Assembly: GCA_963841435.1 (NCBI GenBank)
Contig: CAWJCS010000005.1
Span: forward strand, 1,344,001 to 1,408,000
Direction of reading: 5' to 3'
DNA from: an uncultured delta proteobacterium
GTDB lineage: Bacteria; Myxococcota_A; Polyangia; Polyangiales; Polyangiaceae
DNA length: 64,000 bases
A model generated the notes under the pieces. It saw only the letters and a program-made list of their open reading frames with translations, searched no databases and was not told where the DNA came from. The position numbers were made by a program, and so were the translations under genes. This document shows positions 30,768-39,669 of this stretch, piece by piece. The stretch's first letter is position 1. Each line of letters begins with the position of its first letter.

Positions 30768-31895
30768 ATGACCTGCGACGTACTCTTCGTCGATGACGAG
30801 CCCGAGAACCGCATCGTGTTCGAGGCCGCCTGCGCGGGTCATTTCGACGTGATGACGGCCGCGTCCGCCAAGGAGGCGCTGGAGATTCTGCGCGAGCACG
30901 AGGTTTTCGTGTTGATCGCCGATCAGCGCATGCCGGAGATGACCGGCCTCGAGCTGCTCGAACGGGTGCGCGACGAGTTCCCGAACGTCGTGCGGATGCT
31001 CGTCACCGCTTTCGCTGACTTGCAGAGCGCCATCGACGCCATCAACCGCGGACAGGTGCGCCGCTACCTCAGAAAGCCCTGGGAGCACGCCGAGCTCTTG
31101 TCGGTGCTCGGCGAAGGCGTCGAGTACCACCACATGCGCTCGAAGGTCTGGGCGCTCGAGCGGCGGCTGCTCGAGACCGAACGGGTGTACGCGCTCGGCG
31201 TGATCACGGCGGGCCTCGCGCGCGAGCTCGACGGCCCAGTGTCGGCGCTGCGCGGGCACGTCACTCGCGCACGCGACCTCTTGCGCGTTGCGTTCGAGTC
31301 GGTGAACGCCACGACGCCGGGCGGCTCGCCGCTGCGCGCACACTTGGTCGACGCCGACGAGGAGCTCGCCGAAGCCCTGGCACGCGGCCAGAGCGTGCTC
31401 GACGTCGTACGCGGCGTCGGCATTCCGACGGGCCCCGCCGCGCGGCAAAACGTGAATGCGAGCGAGGTCTTGCGCCTCACGATGAAGCTCATCCAGAGCG
31501 AGCTCAGGGCGGCGGGCAGCGTCGTCATCGACGTGCGGCCCGTTCCGCTCGTGTCGGGGTCGCCCGCCCAGGTCGGGCACGTGATGTTGAATCTGCTCGT
31601 GGGCGCGCTCGACGGCATGACGAATCTGCCACGCGAGCGGCGCGAGCTCGGTATCCGGCTCGCCCACGAGGAGCCGTGGGTGGTGTTCGAGGTCAAGGCC
31701 TCCGGCAGCCCACAAGCACCCGAAGGCGGCCAGCGTACGCCGGGCTCCGCACCGCCGGATCTCGGTCCCGGCCTCGGGCTCGCCATCTCGCATTCCATCG
31801 TGTCCGAGCTCGGCGGCGAGCTCGACTCCGAGCACCCACCGGATGCGAGCGCGGTCTTTCGCATGCGGCTCCGCCGGGGCACGACCGACACCTGA
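30768..31895 (+). CDS. response regulator fused to a degenerate histidine kinase domain
   Basis: REC (FVDDE, ADQRMPEMTG, KPW). H-box reads AGLARELDGP, N-box NLLVGALD, and only GLGLAI is conserved. Confidence 0.85.
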   Translation: MTCDVLFVDDEPENRIVFEAACAGHFDVMTAASAKEALEILREHEVFVLIADQRMPEMTGLELLERVRDEFPNVVRMLVTAFADLQSAIDAINRGQVRRYLRKPWEHAELLSVLGEGVEYHHMRSKVWALERRLLETERVYALGVITAGLARELDGPVSALRGHVTRARDLLRVAFESVNATTPGGSPLRAHLVDADEELAEALARGQSVLDVVRGVGIPTGPAARQNVNASEVLRLTMKLIQSELRAAGSVVIDVRPVPLVSGSPAQVGHVMLNLLVGALDGMTNLPRERRELGIRLAHEEPWVVFEVKASGSPQAPEGGQRTPGSAPPDLGPGLGLAISHSIVSELGGELDSEHPPDASAVFRMRLRRGTTDT

Positions 31896-31938
31896 AGGAA
31901 CCGAGCGTCCGCCGCGCGAGCCGTTTGGACGAGCCCCG

Positions 31939-32907
31939 CTACGCGGGCGGCGGCACGCTCTTGTGCACGGCGGCGCGCCGGAAGCCGCGCGCGAGCGCCT
32001 CACCGATCGTAGCGAGCGACGCCTGACCCGTGACGCCGCCGATGAGCAGCGGCAGCTCGATCGTGTCGAGACCGAGGCGGGCGAGCCGCTCGCGGCAGTC
32101 CGCCTGAACGCCTTCGCGCACGGCCCGCCGGACTCCCGCCGCGAGCGCGGCGTTCCCCGGCACGTCGTCGAACGGCAGGGACGGCGCGAGGCTCGCGAGC
32201 CGCTCGCGGTCGGGCCGCGCGAACAGCTCGGCGCGCACGGCGTTCACGATCAACGCCGCAATGGGCAGCTTGAGCTCGCCTCGCACGGCGAGCACGAGCT
32301 CCTCGGTCTCGTTGACGGGCAGCTCTTCCGGGAGCGTTACGACGACCACGCCCGAGCGGGATGGGTCCTGGAACATGCGCCAGGCGCGCTCGGCGTCCGC
32401 GCGCAAGAGTCCCGGGGGCGATAGCTCGACGATCACCTTGGGGACGCGCAGCATGTCGAGCCCGTGGCCCGTGGCCGGCGCGTCGAGGAGCACGACGTCG
32501 AAGCGCGGCGCGCCGTCGACCTCCTCGATCGAGTGGTACCAAGCCTTGCCGAGCTGGGCCCATTCCTTGAGCCCGGGGGCGCCCGCGAAGAAGCCCTGCA
32601 CGTAGCGATTGTCGAACACCGCGTCGGCGAGCGCCCGGCTCCGGAGCTTCAGGTGCCCGTATTCACGGATGGCGACCTCGGGCTGCAGGCGCACGGCAGC
32701 AATGCGCGGTGCGAGCTCGGTCACCTCGGGACCGAGCGGCGGTGCCCCGAAAAGCACCGAAAAGCGCTCCTTGAGTCCGGTAACCGCCACGAGCACGCGA
32801 CGACCCTCGGCGGCGAGCGACAGCGCGAGCGCCGCGCACACGCTGCTCTTTCCAACACCACCCTTGCCCGTGACGAACAAGAAGCGGCGGCGATCGAGAT
32901 CGAGCAT
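31939..32907 (-). CDS. ArsA/Get3-like P-loop ATPase
   Basis: FVTGKGGVGKS, LDAPATGH, VVTLPEELPVNET and IVN. Confidence 0.9.
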   Translation of the reverse strand: MLDLDRRRFLFVTGKGGVGKSSVCAALALSLAAEGRRVLVAVTGLKERFSVLFGAPPLGPEVTELAPRIAAVRLQPEVAIREYGHLKLRSRALADAVFDNRYVQGFFAGAPGLKEWAQLGKAWYHSIEEVDGAPRFDVVLLDAPATGHGLDMLRVPKVIVELSPPGLLRADAERAWRMFQDPSRSGVVVVTLPEELPVNETEELVLAVRGELKLPIAALIVNAVRAELFARPDRERLASLAPSLPFDDVPGNAALAAGVRRAVREGVQADCRERLARLGLDTIELPLLIGGVTGQASLATIGEALARGFRRAAVHKSVPPPA

Positions 32908-32958
32908 CGGCGAGGACGGCCCAGACCCGTGGTAAACCCCGAGCCTACCGGAGGTCAA

Positions 32959-33699
32959 ATGGGTCATCGAATCAGGATCGCGATCGGCCTCGGCCTGATG
33001 GCCGCGGCCTGCCACGGCACGGACGGCAAGGCGGACGAGGACGAGAACGCGGCCGCCAGCGCGAGCGAGGCTCCCCAAAAGCAGGTCCTGCCGATGCCTT
33101 CGGGCCCGAGGCTGGCCATCGAGGCCGGGGAGGGGCTCGGCGCCATCCGCTTCGGTGCCACGGTGGCCACGATCGAGCGCCTGATGCAGCGCCCTTGCGA
33201 GGTACGGACCGAGAATCTTTGCCGCTACGTGGCGCGCGGCGTGGACTTCCACCTGCTGGGGGGTGAGCTCGTCCGCGTCCACGTGCAACGCGCGGGGCGC
33301 CCCGCCGGCAACGACGTGACGGGCAAGCCCCTGGTGTTCGGATTCTTCAACGGCGGCATCCGTCCCGACCTGGCGCTCGGCATGACCCCGCAGGCGATTC
33401 AACAGTATCTCGGCAAGCCCGAGCGCATCGAGCCCATTCCCGAGCCGAACCCGCAAAACATGGTCGCGCGCGATCACTACCCGGGGCTCGTCATCGAGTA
33501 CGACCGCTTCACGAACGGCAACATCATCTTCGCGGGCGCCGAGGTGTTCAAAGACCCTCGCGTCTCGCGGCCGGACCCGCCGCCGGCCGCCCAGGCTTCG
33601 GCGGCGCCGAGCGCCGCTCTGTCCTCCGCACCCGCGCCGAGTGCAACGGCAGGCCCCGGTGCGAGCGCCGCGCCTCGGCAGCCGGAGCCGGTGCACTAG
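32959..33699 (+). CDS. hypothetical lipoprotein
   Basis: GGAGG RBS, AAAC lipobox, GLGAIRFGAT and LGMT...YLGKP motifs, Pro/Ala tail. Confidence 0.75.
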   Translation: MGHRIRIAIGLGLMAAACHGTDGKADEDENAAASASEAPQKQVLPMPSGPRLAIEAGEGLGAIRFGATVATIERLMQRPCEVRTENLCRYVARGVDFHLLGGELVRVHVQRAGRPAGNDVTGKPLVFGFFNGGIRPDLALGMTPQAIQQYLGKPERIEPIPEPNPQNMVARDHYPGLVIEYDRFTNGNIIFAGAEVFKDPRVSRPDPPPAAQASAAPSAALSSAPAPSATAGPGASAAPRQPEPVH

Positions 33700-33708
33700 C
33701 GCCGCGCG

Positions 33709-34228
33709 TCAGAGCTGCCGGACGCGTCGCCGCTCGAGGATCGTCTGCTGCGTGATGGCACGTTGCGCCTCCACGCTCTCGATCAGCGTCCAGAACGTCG
33801 TGCTCGGGGCGCGTGCCCGTCATCTCGAGCAGGATGTCGGCGGCGCGCTCGGGCGACATCGCGCCGAAGTGACGCCCCGGCAGCTCGACGACGGCCGTGC
33901 GCGCCTTGAGCCCTTCGAGCGTGCCCAGAATGCGCTCCACGACGGCCCGGAACACGAGCTCCGAAAAGTCGCTTGCTCGTCCCAACCCGAAGACGAGCAC
34001 TTTGTCGAACACGAGCTTCGGCCGCCCCGGAACGAGCACGACCTCGCCGAGCGCACCCGTCATGAAACCCAACGTCACGAGCCTCGAGAGACGCCCACCG
34101 AGTCGGTAGTCGCAAAGGCCCGCGACACCGCGTGGGGGTCGCTCCCCGGACGCGTGCGAGCAAACCAGGATCTCGGTCCCGGCCAGGTCGAGACGCCTGA
34201 GGTCGGGCTGCGTGAAACGAAGATCCAT
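33709..34228 (-). CDS. M17 leucyl aminopeptidase N-terminal-domain-like protein; single-base frameshift near 33794
   Basis: MDLRF...ERPPRGVAGLCDYRLGGRLSRL...GEVVL...KVLVFGLG. Removing one T gives EHDVWTLIE...ERRRVRQL*. The span is 3n+1. Confidence 0.7.
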
Positions 34229-34290
34229 GATGCTAGACCCCTCGAGCTCCCGAAACCCGCATGGCTCGTCGCGCGGAGGGTCGCCCCCGC

Positions 34291-34729
34291 TTAGCCCGTA
34301 CCCGCCGTCGGGGGTTCCTTGGGTCGTCCGAGATCGTCCGCCACTCGATCGAGCACGCCGTTCACGAACGGACCGCTCTCCTCCGACCCGAAACGCTTGG
34401 CGAGCTCGACCGCCTCGTCGAGCACGACGGCGCGCGGCACGTCCTCGCGGTGCGCGAGCTCCCACGCGCCTAGGCGCAAAACGTTGCGATCGACGCGGGC
34501 CATGCGCTCGATCCGCCAGTTCGTGCTCGCCTTCGTGACGCGCTCGTCGAGCTCGGCAACGTGCGTGCGCACGCCGCGCACGGCCTCGTCCGCGTAGTCC
34601 TTGCCTTCGGGATCCCCCGGCAGCTCACGCCAGAAATCGGAAAATGGCCTGCTCCGGGTCCGCGCCCGAGGCTTCGATCGCGAACAGCATCTGCAGCGCG
34701 GCCTCGCGGGCGGTGGTGCGGGCTCCCAT
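34291..34729 (-). CDS. nusB: transcription antitermination factor NusB; homopolymer frameshift near 34642
   Basis: RTTAREAALQMLF in one frame; NWRIERMARVDRNVLRLG, DEAVELAKRFG and FVNGVLD in the next. The span is 3n+1. Confidence 0.92.
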
Positions 34730-34807
34730 ACGAGACCACCCGCTACCATGGCGGAAGAAGGCGAGCCATCTTGCACGAACGAAGCAAGGACCCCATGCTC
34801 GGAGCGC

Positions 34808-35647
34808 ATGACAAAGCGCCCCTTCGGACCGACCCGACGCGAAGTCGCCGTGATCGGCCAGGGCACGTGGCAAATGGAGGGAGATGATCGCGCGGGGGCC
34901 GTGCGGGCCCTCGGCGTCGGGCTCGATCTCGGCCTGACGCACGTCGATACCGCGGAGCTCTACGGGTCCGGCCGGGTCGAGAGCCTGGTGATGGACGCGA
35001 TCGCCGGCCGGCGCGACGAGGTCTTTCTCGTGAGCAAGGTGATGCCCCCGAACGCCACCAAGAAGGGAACAATCCGCGCGTGCGAGGCGAGCCTCTCGCG
35101 GCTCGGCGTCGAGCGGCTCGACTGCTACCTACTGCATTGGCCCGGATCGCACCCGCTCGAGGGAACCATCGACGCCTTCGAGGCGCTCGTTGCGAGCGGG
35201 AAGATCGCAAGCTTCGGGGTCTCGAACTTCGACGAGGCAGAGCTCGAGGAGGCGGTCGCCATCGCCGGGCCCGGCCGGATCGCAGAAAACCAGGTGCTCT
35301 ATCACCTCGGCGAACGCACCATCGAGCACGCTGTCCTTCCGTTTTGCGAGGAGCACGGCATCGCCGTGGTCGGCTACACGCCGTTCGGCGGCGGCCGCTT
35401 CCCGCCACCGGAGGGAGAGGCCGTGCTCCGCCGCATCGCAGCGTCTCACGGGGCGACGATGCGCCAAGTGGCGCTCGCGTTCCTCACGCGCCGCCCGAGC
35501 CTGTTTGCCATTCCGAAGGCCTCACGCGAGGAGCACGTGCGCGACAACGCCGGGGCCATCGGCCTTGCGCTGAGCGCCGAAGAGATCGACGCCATCGACG
35601 CGGCGTTCCCCGTGGGCAAGCGACGGCGCGGCGTTGCCACCCTGTGA
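34808..35647 (+). CDS. aldo/keto reductase
   Basis: IGQGTW, DTAELYG, FLVSKV, YLLHWP, GVSNF and IPKAS. Confidence 0.95.
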   Translation: MTKRPFGPTRREVAVIGQGTWQMEGDDRAGAVRALGVGLDLGLTHVDTAELYGSGRVESLVMDAIAGRRDEVFLVSKVMPPNATKKGTIRACEASLSRLGVERLDCYLLHWPGSHPLEGTIDAFEALVASGKIASFGVSNFDEAELEEAVAIAGPGRIAENQVLYHLGERTIEHAVLPFCEEHGIAVVGYTPFGGGRFPPPEGEAVLRRIAASHGATMRQVALAFLTRRPSLFAIPKASREEHVRDNAGAIGLALSAEEIDAIDAAFPVGKRRRGVATL

Positions 35648-35711
35648 CACGCCGTCTGGGCCCGAGTGCGGCTCGAACGTCTCCGGGAAATCCCAGTAGG
35701 TCTGGAGTAGG

Positions 35712-36608
35712 ATGACGATCTGGCTGGTCGGCGCACGCGGCATGCTGGGGACCGCGCTCCGTGCCCGGCTCGAGGCGGCGCGCGTCGCATTCATCACGAC
35801 CGATCTCGAGCTCGACATCGGCGAGGCCGAGCCCGTGCTCGCCTATGCCCGGCGCGAGAAGCCCACGCTGATCCTGAACGCCGCCGCCTACACGCGCGTC
35901 AACGACGCCGAAACCCACGAAGCCGAAGCGCTTCGCGCCAACGGAGCCGGCCCCGAGCATCTCGGTCGGGCAGCGACCGAGCTCGGCGCGCGAGTCGTCC
36001 ACGTCTCGACCGACTACGTCTTCGACGGCCGCGCACAGGAGCCCTATCGTGAGGACGCGCCCACGGCGCCGCAAGGCGCGTACGGTCGCACCAAGCTCGC
36101 CGGAGAGCAGCGGCTCTTCGCGGCGTGCCCCAGGGGGGCACTCGTCGTGCGCACGTCTTGGCTGTTCGGCGAGAACGGACCCAACTTCGTGCGCACCATG
36201 GCGCGCCTGCTCGCCGAGAAGGACGAGCTTCGCGTGGTGGCCGACCAGCGCGGTCGCCCGACTTACACCGGGGATCTCGCGGAGGTGCTGCTCGCGCTCG
36301 GTGGCGTGACACGGCCCGAGCCGTGCCCGCCCGGGCTCTACCACTTCGCGAACGCCGGCGAGACGACCTGGCATGGGTTCACGCTCGCGATCCGGAACGC
36401 CTGCCTCGAGGCGGGCCTGCCCGTGAAGGCCCAACGCGTCACCGCCGTCACGACGGCGGACTTTCCGCGTCCAGCACCGCGCCCAGCGTACTCGGTGCTC
36501 GACACGACCAAGATCGAGCGAGTGCTCGGGATGCTGCCCCGTCCGTTCGAGGCGCCGCTCGTGGAATATCTGGCGAGCGAGGCGGGAAGCGCGACTCATG
36601 GCCGATGA
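35712..36608 (+). CDS. rfbD: dTDP-4-dehydrorhamnose reductase
   Basis: GARGMLG, NAAAYT, STDYVFDG, YGRTK, RTSWLF, DQRGRPT and PAPRPAYSVL. Confidence 0.95.
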   Translation: MTIWLVGARGMLGTALRARLEAARVAFITTDLELDIGEAEPVLAYARREKPTLILNAAAYTRVNDAETHEAEALRANGAGPEHLGRAATELGARVVHVSTDYVFDGRAQEPYREDAPTAPQGAYGRTKLAGEQRLFAACPRGALVVRTSWLFGENGPNFVRTMARLLAEKDELRVVADQRGRPTYTGDLAEVLLALGGVTRPEPCPPGLYHFANAGETTWHGFTLAIRNACLEAGLPVKAQRVTAVTTADFPRPAPRPAYSVLDTTKIERVLGMLPRPFEAPLVEYLASEAGSATHGR

Positions 36609-37101
36609 CGCCCCGGAGCGCTTCCGGCGTGCGCTCGGGGCCCGCGCGGACACCGTTCACCTCGTCACGTATCGCACCGACGTAGGCCCCGTCGAAGGCA
36701 TGACGGCGACGGCCATCACCGCGCTCTCCCTCGCCCCGCCAGCGCTGCTCGCCTGCATCAACCAGTCGGCCCGGGCCCGGGACGCCATCCGAGCGCGCGG
36801 GCAGTTCGGCGTGAGCATCGTGGCCGCAACGGAGCTCGAAATCGCCCGCGCGGCCGGGCACCCGGGCGGCAACAAGGCGATCGGCGACGCGCTCGAGGAC
36901 GACGGCGACCCGTCGCGAACGCCCGTCTTGAGGAGCGCGCTCGCGTCGATGCAATGCCGCGTGGTCGAGGAGCACGATCTCTACACGCACACCGTGTTCG
37001 TCGCCGACGTGACCGAGACCTCGCTCGGACCGGCGGGCGACCCCCTCCTGCACTTCCTGGGCGGCTACGTCACGGTGGGGCCGCTTCCCAAGCCGCGCTG
37101 A
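36598..37101 (+). CDS. flavin reductase-like protein
   Basis: FRRALG, GMTATA...SLAPP, FGVSI, HTVFVADV and PLL. Confidence 0.88.
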   Translation: MADDAPERFRRALGARADTVHLVTYRTDVGPVEGMTATAITALSLAPPALLACINQSARARDAIRARGQFGVSIVAATELEIARAAGHPGGNKAIGDALEDDGDPSRTPVLRSALASMQCRVVEEHDLYTHTVFVADVTETSLGPAGDPLLHFLGGYVTVGPLPKPR

Positions 37102-37681
37102 AAATGAACCCGGCGCGTCGCTCCCAGCGCCCCTCGAACGAGTGCCCGGCAGCAAACGGACCCGCGCCCACGCCGAGCACGCCGCGAAAGCTCCCCTCGG
37201 CGAGCTCGAGGGTCACGTCCCCGAAGCCGAGGTAGGTGCCGCTCGTCGGGAACTGGCACTTGTAGACTGCCTCCTTCGCTGAAAACACGACGTGCGCGAG
37301 GATCCCCGCGTCTAGACCGACCCCGGCGGCGCGAGCGGTCTCGGCAGGCGAGCACACGCGCCGCGCGAGCGCCGGCGCCAGCGGGACGTCGGGCTCCGCG
37401 TCGACACCGAGACCCCGAAAGCGGGCACCTGGCGCGACGGCCGCCCAGCACAAACCATGCGTGTGCGTCAGGCTGCCCACCACGCCCGGGGGCCAGAGTG
37501 GCTCGCGGTGCGCGCCGGAGAGAATCGCGACGGGCGCAACGCCGAGCTCCCCGAGTGCCAGTCGCGCGCAGGCGCGGCCGCTCGCGAACTCCCGGCGCCG
37601 CTTTTCCACCGCGCGCGAGACGATGGGCTCTTCCTCGGGAAAAAGCTCGACCAGATACGTCGGATCGGCCCAGGCGCTCAT
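37070..37681 (-). CDS. 4'-phosphopantetheinyl transferase (EntD/Npt-type)
   Basis: KRRREFASGRACAR, PLWPPGVVGSLTH, LGVDAE and FSAKEAVYK. Start uncertain. Confidence 0.92.
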   Translation of the reverse strand: MSAWADPTYLVELFPEEEPIVSRAVEKRRREFASGRACARLALGELGVAPVAILSGAHREPLWPPGVVGSLTHTHGLCWAAVAPGARFRGLGVDAEPDVPLAPALARRVCSPAETARAAGVGLDAGILAHVVFSAKEAVYKCQFPTSGTYLGFGDVTLELAEGSFRGVLGVGAGPFAAGHSFEGRWERRAGFIFSAAWEAAPP

Positions 37682-37867
37682 GGCGCCCGGGGGCAAGATC
37701 GCGGGCGCGCCGCTCAGCGTGGGAGCCTCGGGGGTCAACCCGGCAACGCTAGCAAAAAGCGGGCGCCGGGCCGACCACGGCGCCATGCCGAGCTCACCCC
37801 GCGCGCTTCGATAACCAGGCCTTGCCGCTTCTTGGCATTCCGTTCGCACGTCTGATGAAATGCGCAG

Positions 37868-38683
37868 GTGCTGTCGTTCACGAGGGCTCACTCCCCGGTG
37901 ATCGCGGCGCTCGCAGCGGTCTGGGTGACGGCGCGGGCGCCTGCCGCGGGCATCCGGCCGAGGCCGGAAGCCCATTCGGCCCCCAGCACGGAGACTCGCG
38001 CGCGCGAAAGCTCGCCGCCGCCCGACGGCGACCATGCCGCGGCGCCTCCCGCGAGCGCCGGCACACAAGCGCCCTCGCCGCCCGACCCCACGCCACGCTC
38101 GGCGGGAAGCGCCGCCGAGCCCGCGGCGGAGGCGGCGCGCGAGGTTAGCGCCATCGTCGAAACGAGCGCCACGCGCGGGCTCGCGGCGTACACCCCCATG
38201 AGCGAGGAAGATGCGGCCCGGCACATCGCGCGGGCGTGGCACTCCATCTTCAAAGCGGCGCCCCCCGCGAGCACGCTTTCGGTGCTCTGGGCCCACTGGG
38301 CGCACGAGACGGCACGCGGCCAGCGCATGCACGCCTACAACTTCGCCGGGCTCAAGGGGCGCGGGCCGAGCGGTGCGAGCGTCGTCGTGTGGACGCGCGA
38401 GGGCGATGCACCGAACGACCTGGTGGAGCGCTCGTTTCGAGCCTACCGGAGCCCAGCGGAAGGAGCGCGCGACTACCTGCGCCTGCTCGTGACCCGCTAC
38501 CCGTCGGCCGTGCGCGCCGCGCGCGACGGCAACGCCTACGCGTTCGCCCTGGCGCTCGACCGTGGCGGCTACTTCACGGGCGATAGCCACGTGTACACAC
38601 GTGCGCTCACGAGCCTCTCCTTCGAGTGCCGCCGGCGCGGCCTGGCCGCGGACCTCGAGGCGCCGAGCGCACCGGCCGGATGA
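37868..38683 (+). CDS. secreted GH73/FlgJ-like peptidoglycan hydrolase
   Basis: AHWAHETARG (catalytic Glu position), YNFAGLK, TRE, FRAYRS...DY and GYFT, after a signal-like N-terminus and Pro/Ala linker. Confidence 0.75.
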   Translation: MLSFTRAHSPVIAALAAVWVTARAPAAGIRPRPEAHSAPSTETRARESSPPPDGDHAAAPPASAGTQAPSPPDPTPRSAGSAAEPAAEAAREVSAIVETSATRGLAAYTPMSEEDAARHIARAWHSIFKAAPPASTLSVLWAHWAHETARGQRMHAYNFAGLKGRGPSGASVVVWTREGDAPNDLVERSFRAYRSPAEGARDYLRLLVTRYPSAVRAARDGNAYAFALALDRGGYFTGDSHVYTRALTSLSFECRRRGLAADLEAPSAPAG

Positions 38684-39519
38684 CGCTCCGCCCATTCGGG
38701 TCCACGGGGGTAAACGTTGCGCGCATTGGACAGGGCACATTCCTCATGGAGCACGCCGACCGGTCGGCCGCCGTGCGGGCAATCCGCCACGGTCTCGACC
38801 TCGGACTCAGCCACATCGACACCGCGGAGATGTACGGCGAGGGAGAGGTGGAGCGGGTGGTGAGCGAAGCGACGGCCGGGCGGCGCGACGAGGTTTTCCT
38901 CGTGAGCAAGGTGCTCCCCTCGAATGCCAGCCGCAGCGGGACCGTGCGGGCCTGCGAAGCGAGCTTGAAGCGACTCGGGACCGATCACCTGGATGCGTTC
39001 CTCCTGCACTGGCCAGGAAGCCATCCGCTCGAGGACACCATCGCCGCCTTCGAGGAGCTCGTCCAGGCAGGCAAGATCCGGTCGTACGGCGTCAGCAACT
39101 TCGACGAAGTGGAGCTCGCGAGAGCCGTCGCCCTTTCAGGGCCGGGGCGGATCGCGTGCAACCAAGTTCTCTACCATCTCGGGGAGCGGACGAACGAGCA
39201 CCGCGTCATCCCTGCTTGCGAGGCACACGGGGTGGCCGTGGTCGCCTACACGCCGTTCGGTCGCGCCACTTTTCCCCCAGCGACAGGCGCCGAAACATTG
39301 TCGCGCATTGCGCGCGAACGAGGAACCACGGCACACGCGCTGGCACTCGCGTTTCTCACGCGAAAGAACGCCGTGTTCGCCATCCCCAAAGCGTCCGCCC
39401 CTCAGCACCAGGCCGCGAACGCCGAGGCCATGCGGCTCGCGCTCACCGACGACGAGATCCTCGCCCTCGAGGCCGCGTTTCCAATCGCCCCGCGGCGCTG
39501 TGGCGTGGCGCGAATCTAA
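38680..39519 (+). CDS. aldo/keto reductase (paralogue of 34808..35647)
   Basis: IGQGT, DTAEMYG, FLVSKV, LLHWPGSHPLE, GVSNF and IPKAS. Confidence 0.95.
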   Translation: MTLRPFGSTGVNVARIGQGTFLMEHADRSAAVRAIRHGLDLGLSHIDTAEMYGEGEVERVVSEATAGRRDEVFLVSKVLPSNASRSGTVRACEASLKRLGTDHLDAFLLHWPGSHPLEDTIAAFEELVQAGKIRSYGVSNFDEVELARAVALSGPGRIACNQVLYHLGERTNEHRVIPACEAHGVAVVAYTPFGRATFPPATGAETLSRIARERGTTAHALALAFLTRKNAVFAIPKASAPQHQAANAEAMRLALTDDEILALEAAFPIAPRRCGVARI

Positions 39520-39669
39520 GTCACGAATCTCGGTGATGTAGTGCTCGCGCCAGCGTTTGACAGGAGGTTTGCCGGGGGTAGTCTCATGCCTCGCAGACAG
39601 TTGAGCCATGCATCACATCCCGCCGTGGTTCGAGTGGTGCTCTTCATGTCGTCCGAGGAGCCCAGCTGA

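Noticed and set aside
31939-32907. Arsenic resistance operon
   Set aside because: There is no arsB, arsC, arsR or arsD, and the protein is a single-domain ATPase without metalloid-binding Cys motifs.
34291-34729. nusB as a pseudogene or programmed frameshift
   Set aside because: A single extra base in a T4 run with both halves conserved is typical of a homopolymer error.
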